This document shows, in pieces, positions 1-9,149 of a DNA stretch of 41,825 nt. The stretch is from Thermoproteota archaeon (GTDB lineage Archaea > Thermoproteota > EX4484-205 > JAAOZP01): the NCBI GenBank assembly GCA_049700215.1, contig JBNAVT010000020.1, forward strand, positions 1 to 41,825, written 5' to 3'. The position numbers were made by a program, and so were the translations under genes. The first letter of the stretch is position 1. Every line of letters starts with the position of its first letter. The notes beneath the pieces were generated by a model. That model did no database searches and had not been told where the DNA came from. It saw only the letters and a program-made list of their open reading frames with translations.

Positions 1-1094
1 AGCACTGTTATGATGTAGGTTACTGTTTTCTCACCGTTCCAGAAAACGACATCCAAGTTCTTTGGTTCAACGACGGCGAAGTATACTGTGACGGTGTATA
101 CTCCGGGCTTCTTAGCTCTAAGGTATAGATATGATGCTGGGCATCCTGATCCATATGAGAAGCCAATCGGAGGTGAAGCCCATGCTTCGAAAGCATCCTT
201 GTTGGAGAAGCTTGCTCCGAGCAGGATCCTGAAGCCTTTAGCCTCCTGAGGATTCCTTATCTGTGCACTTATCGTTATTACGTCCCCTACTTTAACCTTA
301 GTTGGGGAGATCGAGGTGTCGACCACAAGAGGATCGTAGGCTGGAAGCAGGACTCTAAACTCTCTCACCTGAGACTCCACCGCTTCACGCCTCTCCTCGA
401 AGTACCCAGGCACAGCGATGGTGAAGCTTTCGAAGCCGAAGTGGCTTTGGCTCAAGTTTGAGAAGAGCCCGATGTTTACTCTAGCGGTCTTGTTGAATAT
501 TTTCCCGGTCTTCAGGTCTAGGAACGTGAAAGTATAAGCGTCAGGGTCGATGGCCCTAACTAAATATGTTCTCCTCTTAGGATACCTGCGGAGGACGTAG
601 AAGAGGTTTGTCCCATTGCTCTCGTATTTTATTGAGCTTGCGTCAACATCTTTCTCCTGATTATCGACCACCCTGTAGGGAATCTCTACCGACACACTTC
701 CATCGTTACTTCGAACCGTTTGAACCTCGTCATACTCCAGGATTATCGTGTAGTTTTTAAGCTCGTAGCTTATTCGCGTTGGTAGCTTCAAGGTATAGTT
801 AGCGTTTTTTATGGCTTGGCTTATCTCGTTGCTTGAGCAACCAGTTGAAATCAATTGACTTATGAATAACCAGAGCTTCTTAGCAAGCTCAGCAGGAAAG
901 CCTTCGGGTATGATGAAGTTTGCCTCGGTTATCGAGCCGCTCGGTATTTTTCCCTTCTCGAGCTCTTCCTCTATAATCTTTAGAGCAGTTAATGCGTCTA
1001 CCTCTTCCGCATATACTCTAAGCGTTAGCACAGTGCCGAAGTGTGAGGTTAAGATGAGGGCAGCAAGGACAATGGCTAATGCCCTCCTAAACAT
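1..1094 (-). CDS. Secreted/surface protein with N-terminal signal peptide and Ig/CARDB-like beta domains (partial, runs off the left edge)
   Basis: Absent from the ORF track because it has no stop in the window. ATG at 1094 follows AAGGAGGTGAG. Reads MFRRALAIVLAALILTSHFG...VVDTSISPTKVKVGDVITISAQIRNP... and stays open to position 3. Confidence 0.8.
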   Translation of the reverse strand, partial: MFRRALAIVLAALILTSHFGTVLTLRVYAEEVDALTALKIIEEELEKGKIPSGSITEANFIIPEGFPAELAKKLWLFISQLISTGCSSNEISQAIKNANYTLKLPTRISYELKNYTIILEYDEVQTVRSNDGSVSVEIPYRVVDNQEKDVDASSIKYESNGTNLFYVLRRYPKRRTYLVRAIDPDAYTFTFLDLKTGKIFNKTARVNIGLFSNLSQSHFGFESFTIAVPGYFEERREAVESQVREFRVLLPAYDPLVVDTSISPTKVKVGDVITISAQIRNPQEAKGFRILLGASFSNKDAFEAWASPPIGFSYGSGCPASYLYLRAKKPGVYTVTVYFAVVEPKNLDVVFWNGEKTVTYIITV

Positions 1095-2281
1095 CGTTGC
1101 TCACCTCCTTTACTAGCACGACCAGATGTTAAGCCGATAAGAGGTCTCTTTCTTAACATCATGATGAGCAAGGAGAAAGTTGAAATAACAAGTAGGGCAG
1201 TTAGGAGCCTTAGGGTGTTAAGCTCCTCACTTAGCCTCTCGTTCTTCTTAGCCTCATCCAACCACTTTTTCTCATACATATCCAGTAAAGACCTCAATGC
1301 AACTATGTCAGCCTCTTCATTCGCTAGCTTATGTTTCAAAGCCTCCTGTTCCGGTTTAGAGCTATTGAGCATAGCCATCAAAAGTGTATTCTCATCCCTC
1401 AACTGAAAATACGTTGAGAGAAGGTTTTCATCCAGTTTTACAGTTAGGGACGCCATCGTTTCCGAAACCTTGGCACTCAGTGTAAGCCTCGCTGGCTCCT
1501 TAAGACCAAAGAGCTTTGACCAATCGATTATCACTTCATACAATCCATCTTTACATATTACTGAGCAATCCTCCATCAGAGCCTCGGTTTGTAGCATTGC
1601 CTTAACCTCCGTGACATTGCTCGGGGCGACTACTCTGAAAAGTAGCCTTAGGGCCTCCTCAATGAAAATGGAGTGGGGAATTATCTTAATAAAATCAATT
1701 GCTTCTTCTCCCTCGACCCTTATCATCACATTCCCTCCATAGTACTTTCTCGTCTCTTGTCTGTAGCAATCGGCCAAGAAACTCCTATTCGAGACTGTAT
1801 CGTTATCAATAGCTAACCACAGTTGAGTCTCATTCGGCTCTAACATGGGGTAGACACAGATGTAGAAATCACCCTTCACAATAATGCTTGGTAGCGAAAT
1901 CCTGCTCCAATTGAGAGTATTGTTCTTGAAATATCCGGAAGAGTAATAAGCCCGGAATACAAAGTTGAAATCACTATCTCTTACCTCAATGAGGAAGGGT
2001 TTCTCACCCCTATCTATTATGAAGCCATAGATTAGGATCGAGGTTATTTTCCATTTAGAGGCAGGAGGGGTGAACATAACCGCTATACCGTTGGGATAGT
2101 AGTCGCTCCAGAAGGATTCAGCGCCTCCATCATCGTATTGCAACGTTAAGCTTGGTTCAGCATGAACCCAAGATGTTTGAGCCGTTACCAATAAGACTAG
2201 AAATATGGCCTTTCCTAATGTTTGAACCCTGCGTTTCGCGTCCTCCCCGACTCTTGGTTCATTAACCTCGTTCCCTATCAT
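1076..2281 (-). CDS. Exported membrane-anchored protein (signal peptide, beta-rich domain, coiled coil, C-terminal TM helix)
   Basis: 401-aa ORF. Hydrophobic AIFLVLLVTA, LQYDDGGAESFW beta domain, heptad-rich region, LLTALLVISTFSLLIMML-RKR anchor. Overlaps the start of the next gene by 19 nt. Confidence 0.75.
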   Translation of the reverse strand: MIGNEVNEPRVGEDAKRRVQTLGKAIFLVLLVTAQTSWVHAEPSLTLQYDDGGAESFWSDYYPNGIAVMFTPPASKWKITSILIYGFIIDRGEKPFLIEVRDSDFNFVFRAYYSSGYFKNNTLNWSRISLPSIIVKGDFYICVYPMLEPNETQLWLAIDNDTVSNRSFLADCYRQETRKYYGGNVMIRVEGEEAIDFIKIIPHSIFIEEALRLLFRVVAPSNVTEVKAMLQTEALMEDCSVICKDGLYEVIIDWSKLFGLKEPARLTLSAKVSETMASLTVKLDENLLSTYFQLRDENTLLMAMLNSSKPEQEALKHKLANEEADIVALRSLLDMYEKKWLDEAKKNERLSEELNTLRLLTALLVISTFSLLIMMLRKRPLIGLTSGRASKGGEQRCLGGH

Positions 2282-2318
2282 TTCATTAAAGGGAGCTTCA
2301 GGATATTTTTATAACATG

Positions 2319-2344
2319 AGGTAAGCGAAAATTTTCGCTTACCT
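2319..2344. promoter_or_regulatory. Perfect 26-bp palindrome, probable operator or 5'-UTR hairpin
   Basis: AGGTAAGCGAAAATTTTCGCTTACCT is its own reverse complement. It lies between a TATA-like tract (about 2370-2380) and the 2281 start. Confidence 0.6.
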
Positions 2345-2959
2345 TTGGTCAAAAATTTACCAACAGAAGATTTATATATTGATTCCATGTGCCCTCGACG
2401 CCGGACTATTTCTTGCCCGTCAAATATAGGAGTGCTCTGCTATCTCCTCCATTATCCTTTGAGATAACAACTCGATGAAAGCAAGTTTTGACTGGAACGC
2501 TATCCACATGTACATAGAGAATGAAAAACTATACGATAATCCCATAACTGGTAATGATTATGGGAAAGTGGGTTAACATCTTAACAATCCGTGTGAAGCC
2601 AGCGGAGCGACGCTGTATTTTTATGGATTGTATTAGTAAAACTGTATCGTTGTCAACAGCGATCCATAGCTGCATTCCATTGGGATTCAAGCACCGGTTA
2701 AATACAGACAGAGAACTCCCTCCTCATGATAACACCTAGCAGCGAAACCCTAGCACAGCTGAGAGTTGCATTCTTAAAGTGCTTGGAAACTTGAACAGGA
2801 ACCTAAAGACCATGTTAAAACCGTCATCCTCACCTCAATGATGAAGAAAATTTTCATTCTTGACTATCGCGAAGCTATAGATAAGAATGGTAGTTATCCT
2901 CCACTTGAGATAAGGAGGGATCGTGCTTTTAACCCTATTAATGAAGGTATTGGTTTCTG

Positions 2960-3253
2960 TTATTCTCTGTTAATCCGTTCATTAATACCCTTCTCGTCAA
3001 TGTGATTCCTAATATAGACCCGCACCCTCTCGCCCTTAGAAGCGGCATTGGCAGCATCTTTAACCATTAGGGCCAAGACCTCGCCCAATGGACACAGCGG
3101 CGTTGTCGCGACGAATTCCACGACTATGCTGCCGTTCTCTCTTCTAACGTCTTTAATAAGGTTGAGTTCTCCAAGGCTTAGCCCTATCTCAGGGTCGACA
3201 ACACTGGAAACAGCCTTCTTAACCTCTGAAAGCACGTCAGACTCCTTGCTCAT
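2960..3253 (-). CDS. Metal-sulfur cluster assembly factor (DUF59/SufT/MIP18 family)
   Basis: VVDPEIGLSLGELNLI and TTPLCPL motifs typical of DUF59. Confidence 0.85.
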   Translation of the reverse strand: MSKESDVLSEVKKAVSSVVDPEIGLSLGELNLIKDVRRENGSIVVEFVATTPLCPLGEVLALMVKDAANAASKGERVRVYIRNHIDEKGINERINRE

Positions 3254-3950
3254 GCTTCTTCCTCCTAGCCTCGTACTCCTCTCTAGTAATATATATTCTT
3301 GCCGGTACGCCTAGGACAACCGTGTTTGGAGGAACATTCCTCGTCACAACGGAGCCCGCTGCCACTACAGAATTATCGCCAATGCTTACTCCAGATATGA
3401 GTGTCGAGTTCGCCCCTATCACGCAGCCGTTGCCTATTACAACAGGGGTCAGCCTGCCTGAAACAGGGTAGCGATCATTAGTGACGCACGCGTAGGGTCC
3501 TATGAAAACGTTTTCGCCGACAACAGTGCCGTGTGGGAGATACACGCCTGACTGTATTCTAACGTTGTTGCCTATTGAAACACTTCCGTCGAGCATGGAG
3601 CCAGTGCCTATCAGACAGTTCTCCCCGATTCTGCTCCCTTCCCTTATTAGAATATTGTGGCCGGTTACAAGACGCTTGCCGATAACCACGTCTTCGTAAA
3701 CCACGCTTCCAGACCTTATCAGGCATGTGGAGCCTATTTTCGCGCCGCTTGACAATTCGTCGAGAACGCTTAGGTCTTCCGGCATGGCTGTTACACTTGA
3801 AAAGCTCCTCTTAGAAGGATATCCTATTATCGTGTTGAACCCGATGTAGGTTCCCTCCTCTATCTCGCTTCCCCCCAGAACCAGGTTGTTCCCTTCAAAC
3901 CTGACTGTCCTATGAATAGTCGCCTTCTTCGATACGTAGTTTTGAAGCAT
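3237..3950 (-). CDS. Hexapeptide-repeat (left-handed beta-helix) acyltransferase, sugar N-acetyltransferase-like
   Basis: Repeated [IV]G-x-x-x-x units, VTNDRYP, VAAGSVVTRNVP...VLGVPAR. Confidence 0.85.
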   Translation of the reverse strand: MLQNYVSKKATIHRTVRFEGNNLVLGGSEIEEGTYIGFNTIIGYPSKRSFSSVTAMPEDLSVLDELSSGAKIGSTCLIRSGSVVYEDVVIGKRLVTGHNILIREGSRIGENCLIGTGSMLDGSVSIGNNVRIQSGVYLPHGTVVGENVFIGPYACVTNDRYPVSGRLTPVVIGNGCVIGANSTLISGVSIGDNSVVAAGSVVTRNVPPNTVVLGVPARIYITREEYEARRKKHEQGV

Positions 3951-4012
3951 CGTTTAAGCTCAGCCGGGCTTTAAAATAAAGATTTTTAACCCTCGTGTAA
4001 ATACGGCTAGCG

Positions 4013-5761
4013 ATGCAACCGCGTGGAAAAACCGGGTGTACGCTCGCCTCTACACTGGTTCTAATACTGGTTTCCAGCCTTCTCCTTAGCGTAAATACTT
4101 CAGGCCAGCTTTTCGAACTGTCAGACCTCTACGTGTATGTGAAGGCTAGCATGAATGAGGATGCGATAGCTTTTTTCAACGTGAACCTGACGATGGGCCC
4201 GAAGACGATAAGAGTACTAGGCGAAGCCAACTGGACTTTCAAGATACAGCTTCCTAAATGGGCGGCACCAAACCTTGTTTCATCATTAGACATGCCTAAG
4301 CTATTCCTCGAGAATGGTGAGAAGATAGCTCTGAGGCTTGAGGAGGCTGAGGATTACGATTATCTTGTTGCGGAGCTGCCTCCTATTCAAGGCGAGCGGC
4401 TTAACGCTACAGTCAGGTTCGGCTTGGTTCAGCGCGACGAAGTAGCTGAGGACTACGTCGGGTTTAAGCTACCGGTTTTAACAGGCTTCAGCATTATGCC
4501 TGAATATGTTAACTTCACCTTTCTGACCACGGGCGCGATTAAAGGGTATTCGCTACAGTACTTCAACCCTATTTTCCTGAATGACACTGTAATAGGATTA
4601 TGGAACCATTATTTCCGAACGACGACCGTTGGCAACGTGACTGGTAGAATAGTGTTCTCGAAACAGTTCGACAGGTGTGTGATAAAAAGCCTAGCTAGGG
4701 AGATAACCGTGACGGAGCAGCTCCAGGTTCATGTGAAAGACCTGTTGAAGCTGAGATACGTTGGCAATTCCTACAGGAGCGAAATACTGAGGATAAACAT
4801 CCCCGCCAGTCTTAACCAATCGGTTAAGGCGAAGGACGCTCTGGGGACGCTTCAAACATACACCAGCGCATCATCAGTAGCAAACATGAGTGTTATAACG
4901 GTTTACTCAAGGTACTCCTTGAGACCCGGCCAAGAGTATGAAGCAGTGGTCGAATATAGCGTTCCGGTTAAAAGCGTGCTCATGAACTCAAGCGGGGGCT
5001 TAACCACTATCCGGCTTACAGGCCTGCCCAACTATACAGATATTGTTAACACGTATTCTTTAAACGTTAGAGTAGAGGGGAAGAAAGGCTGGAAGATAGC
5101 GACGGGATCAACCGTTGAAAGCATTGAAAACGGTGGGGCTTTCTCCCTAGCTGTGAGTAACGCTATGCCGGACATACTGACCCAGTCGTTTCAGATCAGT
5201 TTCGCTTCAGCACAGCTAGAAGCCGGTAAAAGCCTCTCAATACTCCTCGGCCTATTGACGCTACTCGTATTGATGGTGACCGAGATTTTCAGAGAGGAGG
5301 CTACAAAGCCTGCTGAGCCTAAAGCGGGTAAAGAGATTGAGAGCCTTGTAAACGACCTCGTGGAGGCTCTTCGCGATAAAATCGATTGCGAAACCCTTCT
5401 TGAGGAGATTAAGGTTAAGAACGCTGTCGGAAAGATTTCTTCTAAAGAGTATAGGGAGAGAGTTGGAGAATACGAGCGGAGAACTTCTAGGGCTGAGAAA
5501 AAGATTTTGAAAACCATTGAAGAGATCACCCGGAGAAGCTCCAGGGTCGCCGAGGAGGTTGAGAGGCGCTACAGGGTCTTCGAGGAAATAAACAGCGACT
5601 CTAGAAACATGATTAACAGCACCATCGAAAGGTTTAGGGGAGGACGCATTACGAGAAGCGTTTTCGAAAACCTGACTGGAAAATACTTGAAGGAGAATAA
5701 AAAGAGGAGGGAGACGGCTGCGAGCGACGTGTATTCCGCCCTGGAAGAACTACTGTCGTAA
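4013..5761 (+). CDS. Ribophorin-I (RPN1/Ost1)-like type I membrane glycoprotein
   Basis: Signal peptide, large beta-rich luminal part with IKSLAREITV...KAKDALGTLQT...SRYSLRPGQEYEAVVEYSVP resembling RPN1 motifs, one TM helix, charged helical C-terminal tail, many N-x-S/T sequons. Confidence 0.6.
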   Translation: MQPRGKTGCTLASTLVLILVSSLLLSVNTSGQLFELSDLYVYVKASMNEDAIAFFNVNLTMGPKTIRVLGEANWTFKIQLPKWAAPNLVSSLDMPKLFLENGEKIALRLEEAEDYDYLVAELPPIQGERLNATVRFGLVQRDEVAEDYVGFKLPVLTGFSIMPEYVNFTFLTTGAIKGYSLQYFNPIFLNDTVIGLWNHYFRTTTVGNVTGRIVFSKQFDRCVIKSLAREITVTEQLQVHVKDLLKLRYVGNSYRSEILRINIPASLNQSVKAKDALGTLQTYTSASSVANMSVITVYSRYSLRPGQEYEAVVEYSVPVKSVLMNSSGGLTTIRLTGLPNYTDIVNTYSLNVRVEGKKGWKIATGSTVESIENGGAFSLAVSNAMPDILTQSFQISFASAQLEAGKSLSILLGLLTLLVLMVTEIFREEATKPAEPKAGKEIESLVNDLVEALRDKIDCETLLEEIKVKNAVGKISSKEYRERVGEYERRTSRAEKKILKTIEEITRRSSRVAEEVERRYRVFEEINSDSRNMINSTIERFRGGRITRSVFENLTGKYLKENKKRRETAASDVYSALEELLS

Positions 5762-5887
5762 ACGCTTAGCTTACAATTCTAATCGAGTATTCAATACGAG
5801 TCCTGAAGCCGCAAGTGCTCGCTGCGATTTTCGAAGCGAGCGCGCGTAACCATGAGCAGCTTCAAAAAACCGTTTTAACCATGCTAG

Positions 5888-6004
5888 TAGCCCGGGAGAG
5901 ACTCGAACTCTCATCAAGGGGTTTCTCCGCAAGCGCGCGCTAAATTGCACCAAAGCCCCTCATGTTTGCCATTACAATCAGCGCCTTTTCGGCTCCACCG
6001 GGCT
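5888..6004 (-). tRNA. tRNA-Gln(TTG) with two introns (10/11 at 5994-5977, 18 nt; 37/38 at 5949-5923, 27 nt)
   Basis: Spliced 72 nt: AGCCCGG TG GTGT AATGGCAA ACAT G AGGGG CT TTG GA CCCCT TGAT GAGAG TTCGAGT CTCTC CCGGGCT A. Archaeal A1-U72 pair; both introns fold into BHB-type motifs; CCA not encoded. Confidence 0.9.
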
Positions 6005-6168
6005 TCCCGGGCCTGTTGAAAACCTGCTTGAAGGGATTTAATAACTTTTAGTCCTAGTAGCTTTATAGCTCAACCCTCTTTTTCGAGCCGTCGGGCTCAA
6101 GCAGGTGTGCGCGTGTTCTTTTAACTTCTGCGTAAAGAACACACCACTTAGGCTAACTGTGCTAATTC

Positions 6169-7341
6169 CTATGGATAGGGCTTCCATACGGAGAAAGATT
6201 TTCTGAAGCCGTGCTCTCGTCCATAGGTGTAAACCTTGTATCCGGATGTCCATGTGCCGGTCCTGATCCAAAGCGTCGCATACGGGATGCTGCTTCTGCT
6301 CACGCCCAATCCTACGGATACCGAGGGCCAGCCCCCGCCTAGGTTGAAGCTTAGACCCACGCTGAAAGTCCATGCTAAATCGGATCTTTGAGTTAGGGGG
6401 ATGCTTCTCCAGGGGTGGTTTTGGTCGGTGATGTATGGGTCGGATCCTGAGGCTTGGCCGTTCCAGGATGAACTGGAATAGCCTGCATATATCGGATCCA
6501 TGGAAGTATCTGCCGCGTAAACTTTCTCCCTGTAGACTCTGGTGTTGGGGATGGAAATGTGGCATAGTATGTATTTGAATCTAAATATTACTGCGCCTTT
6601 CAGTTTACCTGTGCACTGTGGAGTTCCAACACCACTATCAAGCGTTACCACCGTGCTCCCGGGAGAACTCCAGTCTGTTACATACATGTTTAGATACGAG
6701 TCCCATGTTCTCTCCTTTGTCTCCACATCCACCTTCGCACCAATGGGCCATTCTGAATATGCCCAGATCTGGTCCCACACGGCATACTCTACAACTATCG
6801 TATCCTTCCACGTTTCACTGTCAGGGGGTACGCTTAAGACGCTGGCTGGCGATGGTGCCTCGCGCTCCAGAGGCTCGTCTAGAACAACCTCGGCGGAGAA
6901 GGCGTCTATCGGCCAATTCATGAAGGTAGGGTCGAGAGCCGTAGTTAGGCTTCCCAAGAAGCCGGTTTTATCATCGTATGCAAGTATCCAGATGTTAGTC
7001 GCGGGATACACATCCGTCTCCCTGCCCAGGCTTGGCAGGTAAAGCCTGTTCATTTTCACCCTTGGAATCGTAAACCAAAAAGCGTAGATACCATTTTGCC
7101 CGCCTGAGCCCTTTGCTATGAGACTCGGCCCTCGGTCAGTCAGGTGGAATACTTGGATAATAGGATAGGGTGCTTCCGCACCGTTCCTCGTCTTCACTCT
7201 AACGAGTATGTTGACGTGTTGGGCATTCGGGTCTGTTAAAGGCTTTACACCCACATATATTAAAGGTAGTACTAGAACGAGGATGAGGAAAAGCATGATT
7301 ACCATGGAAACCCTGTCGGGTTTAGGTTTGCTCGCAGCCAT
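6169..7341 (-). CDS. Hypothetical membrane-anchored/secreted beta-rich protein
   Basis: 390 aa. N-terminal TM (MVIMLFLILVLVLPLIYV), Pro-rich linker, Trp/Tyr/Ser/Thr-rich C-terminal domain. TATA-like tract at about 7366-7375. Confidence 0.75.
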   Translation of the reverse strand: MAASKPKPDRVSMVIMLFLILVLVLPLIYVGVKPLTDPNAQHVNILVRVKTRNGAEAPYPIIQVFHLTDRGPSLIAKGSGGQNGIYAFWFTIPRVKMNRLYLPSLGRETDVYPATNIWILAYDDKTGFLGSLTTALDPTFMNWPIDAFSAEVVLDEPLEREAPSPASVLSVPPDSETWKDTIVVEYAVWDQIWAYSEWPIGAKVDVETKERTWDSYLNMYVTDWSSPGSTVVTLDSGVGTPQCTGKLKGAVIFRFKYILCHISIPNTRVYREKVYAADTSMDPIYAGYSSSSWNGQASGSDPYITDQNHPWRSIPLTQRSDLAWTFSVGLSFNLGGGWPSVSVGLGVSRSSIPYATLWIRTGTWTSGYKVYTYGREHGFRKSFSVWKPYP

Positions 7342-7565
7342 CGCTACTTAGATAAGCATCGGGGGTATATATATTGTTCAGAAGAGTGTAGTTTTTGACC
7401 ATAAAGATATTCTTATGGGCATTAGTAACTTATTATTAATAATTTTGAATACGTATAGACAAGGCTCTGCGCCAGGTTTTCCTGACATCGTCTCCTCCTT
7501 AAACATGTCCGTAATCATATTTAATACGCGTTACAGCCGCTTTAAACATGCTGAATACGCGTACT

Positions 7566-7612
7566 AGAGTATTGCTTGATGCTAAAAGTGGAACTGAAAC
7601 AAGCAATACTCT
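7566..7612. repeat. 13-bp perfect inverted repeat (stem-loop), possible terminator or operator
   Basis: AGAGTATTGCTTG-N21-CAAGCAATACTCT, about 30 nt past the stop of the minus-strand dehydrogenase. Confidence 0.5.
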
Positions 7613-7642
7613 TCAACCGTCAGAACATGCTTTCTTTCAACC

Positions 7643-9058
7643 TTATATTTCTACACGCTTTTTGCAACCGTCCGGTTCTATCAGGAACGCGGGTCTTCCC
7701 ACTCCCGCGTAGAGAACACGATGCTTGGGCTTACCGTTTAGGCTGCTGACGACGTTTTTCCCATCGAGTATCGCAGTTTCTTTCCCGGCTAAGCTGGATG
7801 CCTCCTCTATCTCTATCTGGTAGAACTCCTTATGGTCGCTAGCTATCACGATTACATCAGCACCCTGCACTGCCTTCCTCCATTCCCTAAGTATCTCGAT
7901 GTCTTTACCCTCGACTTTTTCAACAAGCGGGTCGCAGATCTTAACCTTCGCCCCGGTTTTTTCGATGAACTCGAGTATTCTCAGGGCTGGGGAAAGCCTA
8001 GTGTCTGAAGTTCCTCCTCGGAAGGATAATCCGAGAAGCGTGAAGCTGCATTCAGACGGTTCCATTTTTAGAAACCGGAGTGCCCTAATAATCCTGTCTA
8101 TGAATAGTTCTGTTGCCTTTTCATTAATGCTTCTCGCCGACTGCGTGATTTGAAGCCGTATTCCTTGGTTGAGCGCTGTCTCAATTATGAAGTAAGGGTA
8201 TACCGGTATGCAAGCACCCCCTACGCCAATCCCCGGCTTATGTAGGTGTGAGAATGGCTGGGAGTTGGCTGCTGCCCTCACTTCATCGTATGCCACGCCA
8301 ATCTTCTCGCAGAGCAGGGCAAGCTCATTGGCTAACGCTATGTTGACGTCGCGATAGACTCCTTCGAATAGTTTCTCAGTTTCAGCTGCAATAGTGCTGG
8401 ACATCGTTATAATTCCTCTCTTAACGATCGCTGAATACAGTTTCGCAACCAGCTTCAGGCTTCTCACGGAATCGCAGCCAATTATCTTCGGGTACTTCTC
8501 TAAATAGTCTGCTAAAACTGTTCCGGCAGAGATTCTTTCAGGACTATAGGCGAGGGCGAAATCCTCATCCGCCTTTAAGCCACTGGCCTCCTCTAGAATA
8601 GGCTTAACCACGTTTCGCGTCGTCCCCGGCGGTATAGACGTCTCTATGATTACCACATCCCCCTTCGCTAGGCTCACGCCTATTTCCTTCGAGACTCTAA
8701 TAATCGGAGTTAAGTCGGGCTTCTTTTCGCTTGAAAGGTATACTGGGACCGCGATTATTTTTATGTCTGTCTCACGAGCCCCGTAAGAGTAATCGTCCGT
8801 AACCTCCAGCAACCCTCTGCTTCTCAAAGTCTTTATGTGCTCGGATAAGTAGGCTTCCTCGGGGAAAGGGGATAATCCTGCTTCCAACAGTCTTATCGCC
8901 TCCTTGTCAAGCGTCATCCCTATTATCTTCGCACCCACCAGCCCCCATCCGACCCCAATGGTTAAGCCTACATGTCCGAAGCCGAATACTCCAACCTTAT
9001 ACGCGCTTTTCCTAAGGTTTTCAACGGCCTCTTCAGGCGTGACTAGGAACGGCTTCAT
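7643..9058 (-). CDS. Nucleotide-sugar dehydrogenase (UDP-ManNAc/UDP-GlcNAc 6-dehydrogenase, WecC/WbpA family)
   Basis: GFGHVG Rossmann motif, IETSIPPGTT, AYSPER, RDVNIALANE, catalytic GVGGACIP, LGLSFRGG...DTRLSP. Confidence 0.9.
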   Translation of the reverse strand: MKPFLVTPEEAVENLRKSAYKVGVFGFGHVGLTIGVGWGLVGAKIIGMTLDKEAIRLLEAGLSPFPEEAYLSEHIKTLRSRGLLEVTDDYSYGARETDIKIIAVPVYLSSEKKPDLTPIIRVSKEIGVSLAKGDVVIIETSIPPGTTRNVVKPILEEASGLKADEDFALAYSPERISAGTVLADYLEKYPKIIGCDSVRSLKLVAKLYSAIVKRGIITMSSTIAAETEKLFEGVYRDVNIALANELALLCEKIGVAYDEVRAAANSQPFSHLHKPGIGVGGACIPVYPYFIIETALNQGIRLQITQSARSINEKATELFIDRIIRALRFLKMEPSECSFTLLGLSFRGGTSDTRLSPALRILEFIEKTGAKVKICDPLVEKVEGKDIEILREWRKAVQGADVIVIASDHKEFYQIEIEEASSLAGKETAILDGKNVVSSLNGKPKHRVLYAGVGRPAFLIEPDGCKKRVEI

Positions 9059-9149
9059 CCGAATAGTTCAACAAGCCTGTTTTTTAAAGATTAACTGAGC
9101 CCCGGGTTTAAAGAATTAATAGCGCCTGCAACAGTAGTGAACCGACACG

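Noticed and set aside
5771-5953. 60-aa ORF on the minus strand
   Set aside because: It overlaps tRNA-Gln and has no protein-like features.
6038-7042. Alternative ORFs of 175, 166 and 101 aa
   Set aside because: They are shadow or off-frame readings of the 390-aa gene.
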